Assembly (NCBI GenBank): GCA_964618635.1
Contig: CAZUDM010000004.1
Location: 10,739-74,738 of the forward strand
DNA from: an uncultured Spirochaetia bacterium
GTDB lineage: Bacteria > Desulfobacterota_D > UBA1144 > Nemesobacterales > UBA2774
Length of the DNA: 64,000 nt
Direction of reading: 5' to 3'
Shown: positions 29,325 through 39,930 of the stretch, piece after piece
Numbering within the stretch: position 1 is the stretch's first letter
Layout: each line of letters opens with the position of its first letter
Translations under genes and position numbers: made by a program
Notes under the pieces: model-generated
Seen by the model: only the letters and a program-made list of their open reading frames with translations
Databases searched by the model: none
What the model was told of the DNA's origin: nothing

Positions 29325-29936
29325 TCACGCGGTCTTGCGCCATTCGAGAAGCCTGTTGTTGACGGGCATTTCGTGGTCTTTTACGAGCGTGAATCCCGCG
29401 CGCTCGGCCAGCGAATTCACCCATTCGAAGTCCCTTATGCCGCTCTCCGGGTCCTTGGACTTGAGCCATTCGTCGAATTCCGCGTTACTCTCGCTCGTAT
29501 ACGCGCCGCCGTAGTTAAAGGGCCCGTATATGCAGAGCGTGCCGCCCCCTCTCATGACGACCTCTACGCCGTCGAAGAGGCACCCTATGCGCGACTTGCT
29601 CATAATGTGGAGCGTGTTCGCAGTGAAAACGGCGTCGGCCTTTTCGACGGGCCAGAGAGCGTCGGCGACGTTGAGGGCTATCGGGTCTTTAAGGTTCGGG
29701 AGCCCGGCCTCGTTTACCCATGTTCTGATGCCGGGGAGATTTTCGGGGAGGTCGGAGGGCTGCCAGACGAGGTTGGGGAGACTCTGCGCGAAGAATGCCG
29801 CGTGCTGGCCGGTGCCGCTCCCGATTTCCAGCACGAACGACGCATCCTTAAACGCCTCTTTAAGGACGGCGAGTATAGGCTCTTTATTGTTTTCGCTGGA
29901 TTGACTGTAAGGCTTTTCCATTATGCTGCCCGTCAC
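29325..29936 (-). CDS. DUF938-type class I SAM-dependent methyltransferase-like protein
   Basis: [10 protein letters not shown] glycine-rich SAM motif. The overall ~200-aa length matches the DUF938 family. Confidence 0.65.
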   Translation of the reverse strand: MTGSIMEKPYSQSSENNKEPILAVLKEAFKDASFVLEIGSGTGQHAAFFAQSLPNLVWQPSDLPENLPGIRTWVNEAGLPNLKDPIALNVADALWPVEKADAVFTANTLHIMSKSRIGCLFDGVEVVMRGGGTLCIYGPFNYGGAYTSESNAEFDEWLKSKDPESGIRDFEWVNSLAERAGFTLVKDHEMPVNNRLLEWRKTA

Positions 29937-31762
29937 TGGTTATATTTCTTTTCCCTCTTTATCTCTATCTCGCGCTTGGTCGAGCTGAGCTCGAATTTAC
30001 GGAGCCTCTGGCTCGAAGGGGTTATCTCGACTAGCTCGTCCTCGGCCATGAACTCTATCGCCTGGTCGAGCGAAAGGGGCCTCGGCGGCCTTAGGACGAC
30101 AGTCGTTTCGGCTGTCGAGCTACGCATGTTGGTGAGCTTTTTTTCTTTCGTGATGTTGACGTTGAGGTCGCCGTTGCGGTTACGCTCGCCGACTATCATG
30201 CCCTCGTAAACTTCCGTGCCTACGTCGACGAAGAGCTCGCCCCTGTCGGCCATGGAGAGGCATGCGTAGGCAGTGACCTTGCCGTGCCTGTCCGAAACGA
30301 GCGCGCCCGTCGACCTCTGGGGAATGGGGCCGTACCAGGGCTCGTACCCCTCGAAGAGTGTGTTGATCACGCCCGAGCCCTTTGTGATTATCTGGAACTG
30401 GCTCCTGAATCCGATGAGCGCGCGGGACGGGATCAGGAATTCTATATCGACCCTGCCGTTGCCGTTGTTGCGGAGATTTTCCATGCGCCCTTTTCGGGAC
30501 GATATGGCCTCCGTGACTGCGCCGACGTAGGCCTCGGGGACGTCGACGAATATGCGCTCCACGGGCTCCGTGACCTTGCCGTTTTCCTGGCGCGTGAGGA
30601 CTCTCGGCTTCGAGACCATGAACTCGTATCCCTCGCGGCGCATCATTTCTATGAGGACAACCATCTGGAGCTCGCCGCGGCCGGAGACTTCGTAGGCATC
30701 GGCCCTGTCCGTCTCCTTGACGTCTATCGCGACGTTGCCGAGCTTTTCACGGAGCAGCCTGTCGCGTATGTGCCGGGATGTGAGAAACTTCCCCTCCTTT
30801 CCAGCGAAGGGGCCGTTGTTCACGTAGAAGATCATCGAGATCGTCGGCTCGTCGACCTTTATACGCGCGAGGGGAACCGGGTTTTCAAGGTCGGAAACCG
30901 TGTCGCCTATCTTGACGTTATCTTCGCCGGCTATGGCCGCTATGTCGCCCGCCTCCAGTTTATCTACCTGGGTTTTCCGGAGGCCGTCGAAAGTGTATAG
31001 CACCGAAATCTTTATGGGCGTATTCGCGCCTGACTCGCCGCAGAGTGTGTAGGAGCGGTTGGCTTCGAGCACGCCGTTAGTGAGCCTGCCGATCGCAATT
31101 CGGCCGACGTAGTTGTCGTAGTCGAGGTTCGTGATGAGGAACTGCGTTACGCCTCCGTCTCCCACTTCCGGGCCGGGGATCGAGGATATTATCGTTTCGA
31201 AGAGGGGGACGAGATTGGGCGACGATTCCGTGAGGCTCGTCTGCGCCGTGCCGGCCTTGGCGTTCGTGTATATGATCGGGAACTCTATCTGCTCCTCGTT
31301 CGCGTCGAGCTCTATGAAGAGGTCGTAGACTTCGTTTATGACTTCTTCGGGACGGGCGTCGCTCCTGTCGATTTTATTGATGACCAAGATTATCGGGAGC
31401 CGCTGCTGAAGCGCCTTTTTGACGACGAAGCGCGTCTGCGGGAGCGGGCCCTCGCTCGCGTCCACGAGGAGGAGCGCGCCGTCTACCATGTTGAGGCTCC
31501 GCTCGACCTCTCCCCCGAAATCGGCGTGGCCCGGGGTATCAACAATGTTGATCTTGATGCCTTTATACTGAACCGCGGTGTTCTTCGCCATGATGGTGAT
31601 CCCGCGCTCCCTTTCGAGGTCCATCGAGTCCATTACCCTTTCCTCGACTACCTGGTGCTCGCGGAACACCCCGCTCTGCCTGAGCATGGCGTCGACGAGG
31701 GTTGTCTTCCCGTGGTCGACGTGAGCGATGATCGCGATGTTTCTTATGTCGTCTCTTCTCAT
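29933..31762 (-). CDS. typA: Translational GTPase TypA/BipA
   Basis: [30 protein letters not shown]-domain motifs and EF-G-like domain order. Start is taken at MRRDDIRN; the track ORF extends to 31810. Confidence 0.9.
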   Translation of the reverse strand: MRRDDIRNIAIIAHVDHGKTTLVDAMLRQSGVFREHQVVEERVMDSMDLERERGITIMAKNTAVQYKGIKINIVDTPGHADFGGEVERSLNMVDGALLLVDASEGPLPQTRFVVKKALQQRLPIILVINKIDRSDARPEEVINEVYDLFIELDANEEQIEFPIIYTNAKAGTAQTSLTESSPNLVPLFETIISSIPGPEVGDGGVTQFLITNLDYDNYVGRIAIGRLTNGVLEANRSYTLCGESGANTPIKISVLYTFDGLRKTQVDKLEAGDIAAIAGEDNVKIGDTVSDLENPVPLARIKVDEPTISMIFYVNNGPFAGKEGKFLTSRHIRDRLLREKLGNVAIDVKETDRADAYEVSGRGELQMVVLIEMMRREGYEFMVSKPRVLTRQENGKVTEPVERIFVDVPEAYVGAVTEAISSRKGRMENLRNNGNGRVDIEFLIPSRALIGFRSQFQIITKGSGVINTLFEGYEPWYGPIPQRSTGALVSDRHGKVTAYACLSMADRGELFVDVGTEVYEGMIVGERNRNGDLNVNITKEKKLTNMRSSTAETTVVLRPPRPLSLDQAIEFMAEDELVEITPSSQRLRKFELSSTKREIEIKREKKYNQ

Positions 31763-32003
31763 ATAAATACGTTCTACCCCTTTGGAATCGGATGGACCGG
31801 GCGCTTTCACCCCCGGCAGGTATTAAATATACACTACCGGCCTGGGGGCGACAGAAGGCGGGTGTATATTCACGGCCGGGGGGTTCCGGAGGCCGGGCGG
31901 GCGGCCCCGGAAAACCCATATTCGGAGGCTATGAATTTAGCCGAAAGTCTTAAAGGATATACGGACTAAAGTCTAATTGTAAGGAGCTATTTTTTCGTAT
32001 ATT

Positions 32004-32432
32004 TTGTTAATTATGAAAAATGGGAGCTCCACGAAAAACGAGCTGAATTTAGGTGAGATAGCCGAGGGCAAGGGCGACACGATAAGGGTTCTCCGGCGCT
32101 CGACGAGGGTTCCCTATTACAAGAAGCTGAAGTACGGTCTCCTGAACGGCCGCAGCCCGGACGGGGGCGATAATCTCAAGTTCAGCGGATTCACGTTTAA
32201 CCTGTCCGAGCACGGTATAGGGCTCGAAGGAAACAAGGGTTTCCCTCCCAATTTCAGAATCCATGCGACACTCTTTACCGGTGAAAAGACGGTCAAATTC
32301 GAAGGGACCATAAGGTGGCTCTACCACACTCACTCCGAGAAGTGGTTCATGGGAATAGAGATCACGAGCCACACCGACGAATTGAAAAAGATTTATTCCC
32401 TTCTTTCCAATACCCGCGGCGCGGGCCTTTAG
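32004..32432 (+). CDS. PilZ domain protein (c-di-GMP binding)
   Basis: RRSTRVP (RxxxR) and NLSEHGIGL (D/NxSxGG) PilZ signature. Confidence 0.6.
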   Translation: MLIMKNGSSTKNELNLGEIAEGKGDTIRVLRRSTRVPYYKKLKYGLLNGRSPDGGDNLKFSGFTFNLSEHGIGLEGNKGFPPNFRIHATLFTGEKTVKFEGTIRWLYHTHSEKWFMGIEITSHTDELKKIYSLLSNTRGAGL

Positions 32433-32483
32433 TTACCCGGGGAGCTCGGGGCTTCGTTCGGAATCATCCCCGGCTCTCACAAG

Positions 32484-34190
32484 CTAACTCACGCTTTTGT
32501 TAATCTCTTCGAGCTTCGTCTTCAGCTCGCCAATGCGCGAGCGGGAGGTCGTCAGTTTTTCCCTTTCCATTTTATAGAAATTCTTGAGCGGGAGGAGTGA
32601 ATCCATGGCCTGAAGCCTTATGCCGTCGAAGTCCCTTTCGAGCTGGGAGTGGACTGAGGATATCATCTCTTCTATAAGGGCATCAACTTTCTGGCTGAAC
32701 TCCTTCATGGCGTCCCTTCTCTTTTTGGGGAGTATCATGAACGCCGTGGCGACGACCGCTATGGTGGCGAGTATTCCCGTTATATCGACGAGAAGCGACG
32801 AGAAAGCCGTGACGACCGCGGCGCCCAAGGCAAGCCCCCCCACCTGGACCCCGAGGACCGAGGCGACGGCCGCACGTGCGGAATCGACGAGATTCCCGCC
32901 GAGGGACCCCGGGTCTATCGCCCTCCTCTTTGTTTCGAGCTCGGAGCGGACGGTATCGAGAAGGCGTGTTCTGTCGTACATGAAGCCTGTCGTGCTGGAG
33001 GAGGAGTCGGGCCTTATGGATTTGTTGTAGAAATCGACTGTGGAGTCGAGAAGCCCTCTCGCCGATTTTTCTGTCCAGGCGACCATAGCGTCGAGGTCTT
33101 TTTCGAGCTCGTTTACGGTTTGCCGGGAGACCTTGTATTCGAACTCCTTCGCTATCTTCTGCTTGCTCATGAGCTTGGGGATGTTCCCGAACCTCATGAG
33201 CTCGTCGATGAATTCTATGCCGCGGGCTTTGAATTCGAGGAGCCTACTTCTTATTCTTTCCGTGAACTGCGCCGAGTTCTGGAGTATCTCGGCTTCGAGG
33301 GATTCGAGCTTCCTTTCGAAATCGCCGAGCCTCTCGACGTCGTCCGCTATTTTTTTCATGTCGTCGTCGAGCGCCCTTTCGGCCTCGTTCGCGAGGCTGA
33401 GCGCAAGGCCCGTCGTGCTCCGTATCTTCATCCTCACGCGCTCTTCTTCGCTGAGCGTCCGGAAGATGTATTCTTCGAGCTTCCCGAAGCCGCTTTTTTC
33501 CGAGAGTGAGGCGTTGCCCGAGAGCCGTGCGTCTCTCGCGAGACGGGCGGAGACGGGAATTATGTGGGGCTTTATGCCGAACGCCCTCTCGAGCTCGCGC
33601 GACGTGTGCTGAAGGAGCTTCTCGAGCTCGGCGTCGTCCCGCGCGATGTCGATTTTATTGAGAAGGAAGACTATGTTTTTAAGCCATTCGTCCTTTACGA
33701 ACTGAATGAGCCTGGCCTCGCTGCCTGTTACGGCGCGCTCGGCCCCGATGACGAAAAAGACTATGTCGGCTTTCGGTATGAATTCGCGTGTGATCTTTTC
33801 GTGCTGTTCTATCGTTACGTTCGTCCCGGGTGTATCGACGATGAAAATTCCCTTGAGCCTGTCCTGCGGGACGGATATGTAACGCAGACCGTTTTCGATG
33901 CTGACGCCGCCTGTGTCGCCGTGGCGTATGATCGTGATGTCGTCGGTCGTCGGCGTTATGCCTTCGGGAAGGACATCCTCTCCGAGGAGGGCGTTTATCA
34001 CGGAGGACTTACCCGTGCTGAACTCGCCTATGAAAACGAGTGAAAAGAGGTTGTCGAGGAGAGCCTCGACGGACCGGAGCCTTTCTATAAGCTCCCTGCC
34101 CGAAACTTCGCTTATCTCTCCGAGAAGGGATTTTAACAAGAGCTTCTCTTCGAGGATTATTTTCGAGTACTTGTCGTCGAGTATCTGCAT
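32484..34190 (-). CDS. Bacterial dynamin-like GTPase with C-terminal membrane segment
   Basis: G1 GEFSTGKSS, DTPG and NKID G-domain motifs; long coiled-coil stalk; hydrophobic segment near the C-terminus. Start is taken at MQILDD. Confidence 0.8.
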   Translation of the reverse strand: MQILDDKYSKIILEEKLLLKSLLGEISEVSGRELIERLRSVEALLDNLFSLVFIGEFSTGKSSVINALLGEDVLPEGITPTTDDITIIRHGDTGGVSIENGLRYISVPQDRLKGIFIVDTPGTNVTIEQHEKITREFIPKADIVFFVIGAERAVTGSEARLIQFVKDEWLKNIVFLLNKIDIARDDAELEKLLQHTSRELERAFGIKPHIIPVSARLARDARLSGNASLSEKSGFGKLEEYIFRTLSEEERVRMKIRSTTGLALSLANEAERALDDDMKKIADDVERLGDFERKLESLEAEILQNSAQFTERIRSRLLEFKARGIEFIDELMRFGNIPKLMSKQKIAKEFEYKVSRQTVNELEKDLDAMVAWTEKSARGLLDSTVDFYNKSIRPDSSSSTTGFMYDRTRLLDTVRSELETKRRAIDPGSLGGNLVDSARAAVASVLGVQVGGLALGAAVVTAFSSLLVDITGILATIAVVATAFMILPKKRRDAMKEFSQKVDALIEEMISSVHSQLERDFDGIRLQAMDSLLPLKNFYKMEREKLTTSRSRIGELKTKLEEINKSVS

Positions 34191-34423
34191 ATGGAAAAGT
34201 ACCTCAATTATAACCAAGAAAAGGCCGGGTGAGTATCCGGCGACGCAGCGCAATGATTCGGGGGCGGGGGGAGGAATAAACGCTTGGTAAAGCGGGTGCC
34301 GGTATGTAAACTCAACTTATACGAGCGGCCGGCGTCAGGCGGGAGGCTGGAATGACCGCTCTCCCGAATATCCCTGGCGCCGAGGCTGTGATCCGCGCCC
34401 CCGTTCGCATATAATCCACTCAA

Positions 34424-36511
34424 ATGACGAAACAAAACAGGCTGGCAAACGAAAAGAGCCCCTACCTCCTTCAGCATGCCGGAAACCCCGTGGACTGGTA
34501 TCCGTGGGGAGAGGAGGCGTTTGAGAAGGCCGCCAGGGAAGATAAACCGATACTGCTTTCGATAGGGTATTCGACGTGCCACTGGTGCCATGTGATGGAG
34601 CACGAATCGTTCGAGGACCCGGACGTCGCTCGGCTCATGAACGAGGCGTTCGTGTCCATCAAGGTCGACCGCGAGGAAAGGCCCGACATAGACGCCATAT
34701 ACATGACAGTGTGCCAGATCCTATCAAAGGGCGGGTGCGGGTGGCCTTTGAATATAGTCATGACGCCCGACAGGAAGCCCTTTTTCGCGGCGACATACAT
34801 ACCGAAGGAGGCCCGCTTCGGGAGGGCGGGCATGGTCGACCTCGTGCCGAAGATTAAGGAGATATGGGACACGCAGAGGGACGAGGTGGTAAAGTCGGCG
34901 GAGAGCATAACCGCGGCGATGAGAAAGGCTGCACACACCCAGGTCGAGGCGGGCGGGGGCGCCCCGGGTATGAGCGCGTTGACGACGGGATTCAACCAGC
35001 TTCACGAGAGGTTCGACGAGGTGCACGGAGGGTTCGGCACGAGACCGAAGTTCCCGACGCCGCACAATCTCGTATTTTTACTCCGGTACTGGAAGCGGAG
35101 CGGGGACGAGGAAGCGCTTTACATGGTGGAGAAGACGCTCACGGAAATGAGGCTCGGTGGGATATACGATCACGTCGGGTTCGGGTTTCACAGGTATTCG
35201 ACAGACCCCGAGTGGCTCCTGCCGCATTTCGAGAAAATGCTCTACGACCAGGCGCTTCTGGTCATGGCGTATACAGAGGCATACCAGGCGACCGGAAAAG
35301 GAGACTATAAAAAAACCGCGCAGGAAATAATCACTTACGTGCTCAGGGACATGACTTCGCCCGAGGGGGGTTTCTATTCGGCGGAGGATGCCGACAGCGA
35401 GGGGGTCGAGGGAAAGTTTTACGTCTGGACGACGGAGGAGCTGGAAGCCGTTCTGGGAGAGGAGGACGGCGGGCTGATCGCGAGGCTCTATAACGCGCTT
35501 CCCGGAGGGAATTTCAGCGACGAGGCGTCGGGAGAAAGCTCGGGAGAGAACATACTTTATTTAAGGAGCCTGCTAAACGAAATTGCCGCGTCGTTCGGCA
35601 CTGATTCTGGCGGGATTCTGGAGAGGGTCGAAAGGGCAAGAGAGAAGCTGTTCGAGGCGCGCGAGAAGCGTGTACATCCATACAAGGACGACAAGATTCT
35701 CACAGACTGGAACGGGCTCATGATTGCGGCGCTCTCGAAAGCAGCGTCGGCATTCGGGGAGCCCGCATACGCCGAAGCCGCAAAAAAGGCGGCGGGTTTC
35801 CTGCTGACAACGATGCGCGGAAAGGACGGAAGGCTCCTTCACCGCTACAGGACCGGAGAGGCCGGCATAACCGCGCATGCGGACGACTACGCGTTTTTGA
35901 TCTGGGGGCTCCTGGAGCTTTACGAGGCGACGTTCGAGACGGAATTTTTAAAGACGGCGATAGCTCTTCAGAAGGATATGAACGAGCACTATCTCGACTC
36001 GGAAAGGGGAGGATATTACTTCACAGCCAACGACGCCGAAGAGATGATAATAAGGCACAAAGAGGTTTACGACGGCGCGGTGCCGTCGGCGAATTCCACT
36101 GCGCTGCTCAATCTACTCAGGATAGGGAGGATTACCGGCGACGCCTCTTACGAAGAGACCGCGGAGAATCTCGCGAAGGCGTTTTCGGCTCACGTGGAGC
36201 AGGCGCCGAGCGCGTATACGCAGCTGCTGCAAGGCCTCGATTTCGGCGTCGGGCCTTCGTACGAGGTCGTGATTTCCGGAGAGCGCGGAAGGGAAGATAC
36301 GGAGAGAATGATCGAGGCTCTGAGAGAAGTTTACGCGCCGAACAAGATCGTGCTCCTGAGAGATTCCGGCTCGGACATAACTAACATCGCCCCATTCACG
36401 AAGGAGCAGGGAACGATAGGCGGAATGGCTGCAGCATACGTATGTATGAATTACGAATGCGAGCTTCCCGTTACAGACCTTGAAAAAGTTCGCGAGCTCC
36501 TGTCGAAATAA
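34424..36511 (+). CDS. Thioredoxin-domain protein of the YyaL/SSP411 (DUF255 + six-hairpin glycosidase-like) family
   Basis: N-terminal [10 protein letters not shown]...[18 protein letters not shown] thioredoxin-like motif and a 695-aa two-domain architecture. Confidence 0.85.
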   Translation: MTKQNRLANEKSPYLLQHAGNPVDWYPWGEEAFEKAAREDKPILLSIGYSTCHWCHVMEHESFEDPDVARLMNEAFVSIKVDREERPDIDAIYMTVCQILSKGGCGWPLNIVMTPDRKPFFAATYIPKEARFGRAGMVDLVPKIKEIWDTQRDEVVKSAESITAAMRKAAHTQVEAGGGAPGMSALTTGFNQLHERFDEVHGGFGTRPKFPTPHNLVFLLRYWKRSGDEEALYMVEKTLTEMRLGGIYDHVGFGFHRYSTDPEWLLPHFEKMLYDQALLVMAYTEAYQATGKGDYKKTAQEIITYVLRDMTSPEGGFYSAEDADSEGVEGKFYVWTTEELEAVLGEEDGGLIARLYNALPGGNFSDEASGESSGENILYLRSLLNEIAASFGTDSGGILERVERAREKLFEAREKRVHPYKDDKILTDWNGLMIAALSKAASAFGEPAYAEAAKKAAGFLLTTMRGKDGRLLHRYRTGEAGITAHADDYAFLIWGLLELYEATFETEFLKTAIALQKDMNEHYLDSERGGYYFTANDAEEMIIRHKEVYDGAVPSANSTALLNLLRIGRITGDASYEETAENLAKAFSAHVEQAPSAYTQLLQGLDFGVGPSYEVVISGERGREDTERMIEALREVYAPNKIVLLRDSGSDITNIAPFTKEQGTIGGMAAAYVCMNYECELPVTDLEKVRELLSK

Positions 36512-36732
36512 GGAACATGTGCGAACGTCACCTAAAATGAGAGCGAAGCCATTTTTCCATACTTCGGGCGGCTGATTATCGTCGGAAAAATGATGGTTGC
36601 TTTTCGCCGGACGGACCTTATACTTCATCAACTTTAAAGTTTCCGGAGTGCGCCGGAAGCAGAATAAGAAGTCTGTGTTATAGTATTAATTTAGATTGCC
36701 GTGCGGGATTAGGCGGCATGGAGGAAAGGCTT

Positions 36733-36894
36733 ATGAACAAGAGAGGAAAGAAGAAAATAAAAGACCTCGTTGACATGCTCGAAGACCCGGAGAATTCGGG
36801 CTATATAGGCGGAGATTACGAGGACATGATGGAGCTTTTGGAGCAGGAGCTGGCGGAATCCGAGGAAGAGGAAGATCAGGAAGAAGCCGAGTGA
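36733..36894 (+). CDS. Putative 53-aa acidic micro-protein
   Basis: GGAGGAAAGG RBS, then MNKRGKKKIKDLVDMLEDPENSGYIGGDYEDMMELLEQELAESEEEEDQEEAE. It overlaps the mnmG 3' end by 19 nt (convergent). Confidence 0.25.
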   Translation: MNKRGKKKIKDLVDMLEDPENSGYIGGDYEDMMELLEQELAESEEEEDQEEAE

Positions 36895-38789
36895 TCGGCG
36901 CCCCCACTTTCCATATCACCCCGTTTTAAATAAACCATAAGAACAGAGATTGCAGCCGGCGTTATGCCGGAAATTCTGCTCGCCTGGCCGAGTGATCCGG
37001 GGCGTACGCGCGAGAGCTTCTGCACTATTTCTTTCGAGAGGCCGGGGATGTCGTCGTAGGAGAAATCTTCCGGTATGCCGAGGTTTTCCACCTTCCTGAA
37101 CTTTTCGATCTGCTCGATCTGCCTCTTGATGTAGCCCTCGTATTTGATCTCCATTTCGATCTGCGTGAGAACGTCTTCCATAAGCTCCGGAGCGGAATCC
37201 CCGCCGGGGAGGAGGGAGAGCGCGGAGTACGAAATCTCGGGGCGGCGAAGTATTTCTTTTAGAGACTGCGGCTTTTTTATCGTCGACGAGCCGAGCGAAA
37301 GGAGTATTTCGTTCACGCGTGGGTCGGGAGTTATTTTTATGCTTTCGAGCCTCCGGAGCTCCTCTTCGGCTGCCTGCTTTTTAGCCCTTACCTTTTCGTA
37401 ACGCTCTTCGGATAGAAGCCCGATAGCGTAACCCTTTTCGGAAAGTCTCATGTCGGCGTTGTCTTCCCTGAGCAGGAGCCTGTATTCGGCCCTGGACGTG
37501 AACATCCTGTAGGGCTCGTCTACGCCCTTGGTTACGAGGTCGTCGATGAGTATGCCGAGATAGGCCTCCGAGCGGTCGAGCACGAAGGGGGATTCGCCCT
37601 TGACTCGAAGCGCCGCGTTGATGCCCGCCATGAGACCCTGGCTCCCGGCTTCTTCGTATCCCGTAGTGCCGTTTACCTGCCCGGCGAAGTAGAGATTGTC
37701 GACGAGCTTGGTTTCGAGAGTGGGCCTTAACTGTGTCGGGTCGACGTAGTCGTATTCGACCGCATAGCCCGGTCTCATTATCTCGACGTTCGAAAGACCG
37801 TCTATCGTCCTGACCAACTCATATTGCACTTCCAGAGGAAGACTCGTAGATATGCCGTTCGGATAAATTTCGTACGTCGAGAGGCCTTCGGGCTCGAGGA
37901 AGATTTGGTGCCTTTCCTTGTCCCTGAACTTAACGACCTTGTCTTCGATGGAAGGGCAGTAGCGCGGGCCGACGCCTTTTATCTCGCCCGAATAAAGAGG
38001 GGATTTGTGGAGGTTATCGGTTATGACCTTGTGCGTCTTTTCGTTTGTGTATGTGATATAGCAGGGAAGCTGCTCGCGCTCGATGGAGCCAGTCCAGAAG
38101 GAAAACGGCTTCGGGTTTTCGTCACCGGGCTGGGGCTCGAGGATGCTCCAGTCTATGGTTCTGCCGTCGAACCTCGGCGGCGTGCCGGTTTTAAGCCTCC
38201 CCATTTTAAAGCCGAGGCTGCCGAAGGAATCCGATATGCCTATTGCCGCCGCCTCACCCGCCCTGCCGGATGATATCTTAGTCTGCCCGATGTGTATGAG
38301 GCCGTTGGGGAATGTGCCCGGCGTGACCACGACCGCGCCTGAATAGAAATGCTCGCCGAGTGTCGTCTTCACGCCGCATACGGCCCCGCCCTTTACTAAA
38401 AGGCCCTCGGCCATGCGCTGCTTTATGTCGAGGCTCTTCTGCGCTTCGAGGGTGGACTTCATGTAAGACCTGTAGAGCTGCCTGTCGGCCTGTATGCGTG
38501 TCGCCTGTACGGCCGCGCCCTTACGGGTATTGAGCCTTCGGAACTGGATTGCTGAATGGTCGGCCGCCAGGCCCATCTCGCCGCCGAGGGCGTCGATCTC
38601 CTTGACGAGGTGGCCCTTGCCGACTCCGCCCACGGAGGGATTGCATGACATGAGACCGATGGTGTCGATATTAGCCGTGAGGACGAGCGTCTTGCACCCC
38701 ATGCGCGCGCACGCGAGCGCCGCCTCGCAGCCGGCGTGACCGGCCCCGATGACTATGACGTCGTAATTACGCGGATATTCGATGCTCAA
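36876..38789 (-). CDS. mnmG: tRNA uridine-5-carboxymethylaminomethyl synthesis enzyme MnmG (GidA)
   Basis: YDVIVIGAGHAGCEAA FAD motif and full MnmG architecture. The track ORF runs to 39158, but the conserved N-terminus implies a TTG start (LSIEYPRNYDVIV). Confidence 0.9.
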   Translation of the reverse strand: MSIEYPRNYDVIVIGAGHAGCEAALACARMGCKTLVLTANIDTIGLMSCNPSVGGVGKGHLVKEIDALGGEMGLAADHSAIQFRRLNTRKGAAVQATRIQADRQLYRSYMKSTLEAQKSLDIKQRMAEGLLVKGGAVCGVKTTLGEHFYSGAVVVTPGTFPNGLIHIGQTKISSGRAGEAAAIGISDSFGSLGFKMGRLKTGTPPRFDGRTIDWSILEPQPGDENPKPFSFWTGSIEREQLPCYITYTNEKTHKVITDNLHKSPLYSGEIKGVGPRYCPSIEDKVVKFRDKERHQIFLEPEGLSTYEIYPNGISTSLPLEVQYELVRTIDGLSNVEIMRPGYAVEYDYVDPTQLRPTLETKLVDNLYFAGQVNGTTGYEEAGSQGLMAGINAALRVKGESPFVLDRSEAYLGILIDDLVTKGVDEPYRMFTSRAEYRLLLREDNADMRLSEKGYAIGLLSEERYEKVRAKKQAAEEELRRLESIKITPDPRVNEILLSLGSSTIKKPQSLKEILRRPEISYSALSLLPGGDSAPELMEDVLTQIEMEIKYEGYIKRQIEQIEKFRKVENLGIPEDFSYDDIPGLSKEIVQKLSRVRPGSLGQASRISGITPAAISVLMVYLKRGDMESGGADHSASS

Positions 38790-39580
38790 TTCCTGCGCTC
38801 CCAGAAAAAAAAGAACCGGACAAAAGGAAGAAGTGTAAATAGTGAGGGGGCGGGCGTCAATTATGGGGGGGGAGGAAGGGGAAAGAGAAAGACGGGATTG
38901 CCGCGGTCGCGCGGGGCGCTCCCTCGCAATGACAGGGTAGGCAGAGTAACGGGTATGAAGGATTTTGCCTATGCTCGAATTAACAGGAATAAGGCACCCC
39001 TCACCCTGTCCCTCTCTCCTTGGGGGAGAGGGGACTTGTTGGATGGATAGCGGACGCTGTTCGCAGATCCTGAATCGAGCTCCCGGCTTCGCTTCGGACT
39101 CCGCTGAAGCTCCGACCGACAAGAAAGCTTCCGACTTCGCCAAGGCTACGTTGGACAAGATGCCGGGCAGGTAGGATGACTGATTGAAAAAGTGGATTCC
39201 CGATCCGGGCTTCGCCGCGACAGGTAAAAGCGTTCGGGAGTGACAAAAAGGTTAAATCCCCCCGTACCCCCCTTTTTCTAAGGGGGGATGAAAGACAAAA
39301 GCGAAGAATGAAAAGAATGGATTCCCGATACAAGCATTCGGGAATGACAGATAATTAGATATCGCTGGGAATGAGATTAATTCGTCAGACGCGCATAATC
39401 CGATTATGCGATGAGGGTGCTACGTCGTTTGCCAGCGGACGCTGTCCGAAAATCCCCCAATCCGTTAAATACGCCGGTCGCACGATGGCAGCTAACTGCA
39501 CAGCGCCAAACTACGTCGGTTGTCGGCGCACACTGTGCGTGTGTGGTAGAATGCTAGTCCATTCCAAAAGGAGAGCGCGA

Positions 39581-39910
39581 TTGTCGAGAACGAGAGAGAT
39601 ATTCGGGAAAGTGGACAGGAGGCTAAAGGAAAGGGGGGACGAGTATAAGGACGTTGGAGCGCTCTATAAAATCGTTCTCGAAGGCGCAGACGGGGGAACA
39701 TGGCTCATAGATTTCAGGGAGGGATCGATGGGAGTAAGGGAAGAGGGAGGCGAGGCGGACTGCACCATAGAGACCAAGGACGAGCACTTCGTGAACCTCT
39801 TCGACGGCAAGCTCTCCCCGGAGAATGCGCTCCTCACGGGAAAGGTAAAGATTGAAGGCAACATGCTTTTAGCGCTGAGGTTCGGCGAGCTTTTAAAGAA
39901 GAGCAGATAA
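39581..39910 (+). CDS. SCP2 sterol-binding domain protein
   Basis: SCP2 fold motif (LYKIVLEGADGGTWLIDF...LLTGKVKIEGNMLLALRFGELL). TTG start preceded by AAAGGAGAG. The track ORF starts at 39371 with an implausible Cys-rich leader. Confidence 0.7.
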   Translation: MSRTREIFGKVDRRLKERGDEYKDVGALYKIVLEGADGGTWLIDFREGSMGVREEGGEADCTIETKDEHFVNLFDGKLSPENALLTGKVKIEGNMLLALRFGELLKKSR

Positions 39911-39930
39911 ACGCCCGGCGGTATAAAGAC

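Noticed and set aside
36876-39158. N-terminal 120-aa extension of the mnmG track ORF (Pro/Ser/Arg-rich)
   Set aside because: The conserved MnmG N-terminus (xSIEYPRNYDVIVIGAGHAG) begins at a TTG at 38789. The extension is low-complexity and overlaps the repeat-rich intergenic region.
39371-39580. Cys-rich N-terminal extension of the SCP2 ORF
   Set aside because: The SCP2 domain alone is ~110 aa. A TTG with an AAAGGAGAG RBS at 39581 gives the canonical length, and the upstream frame has no domain-like features.
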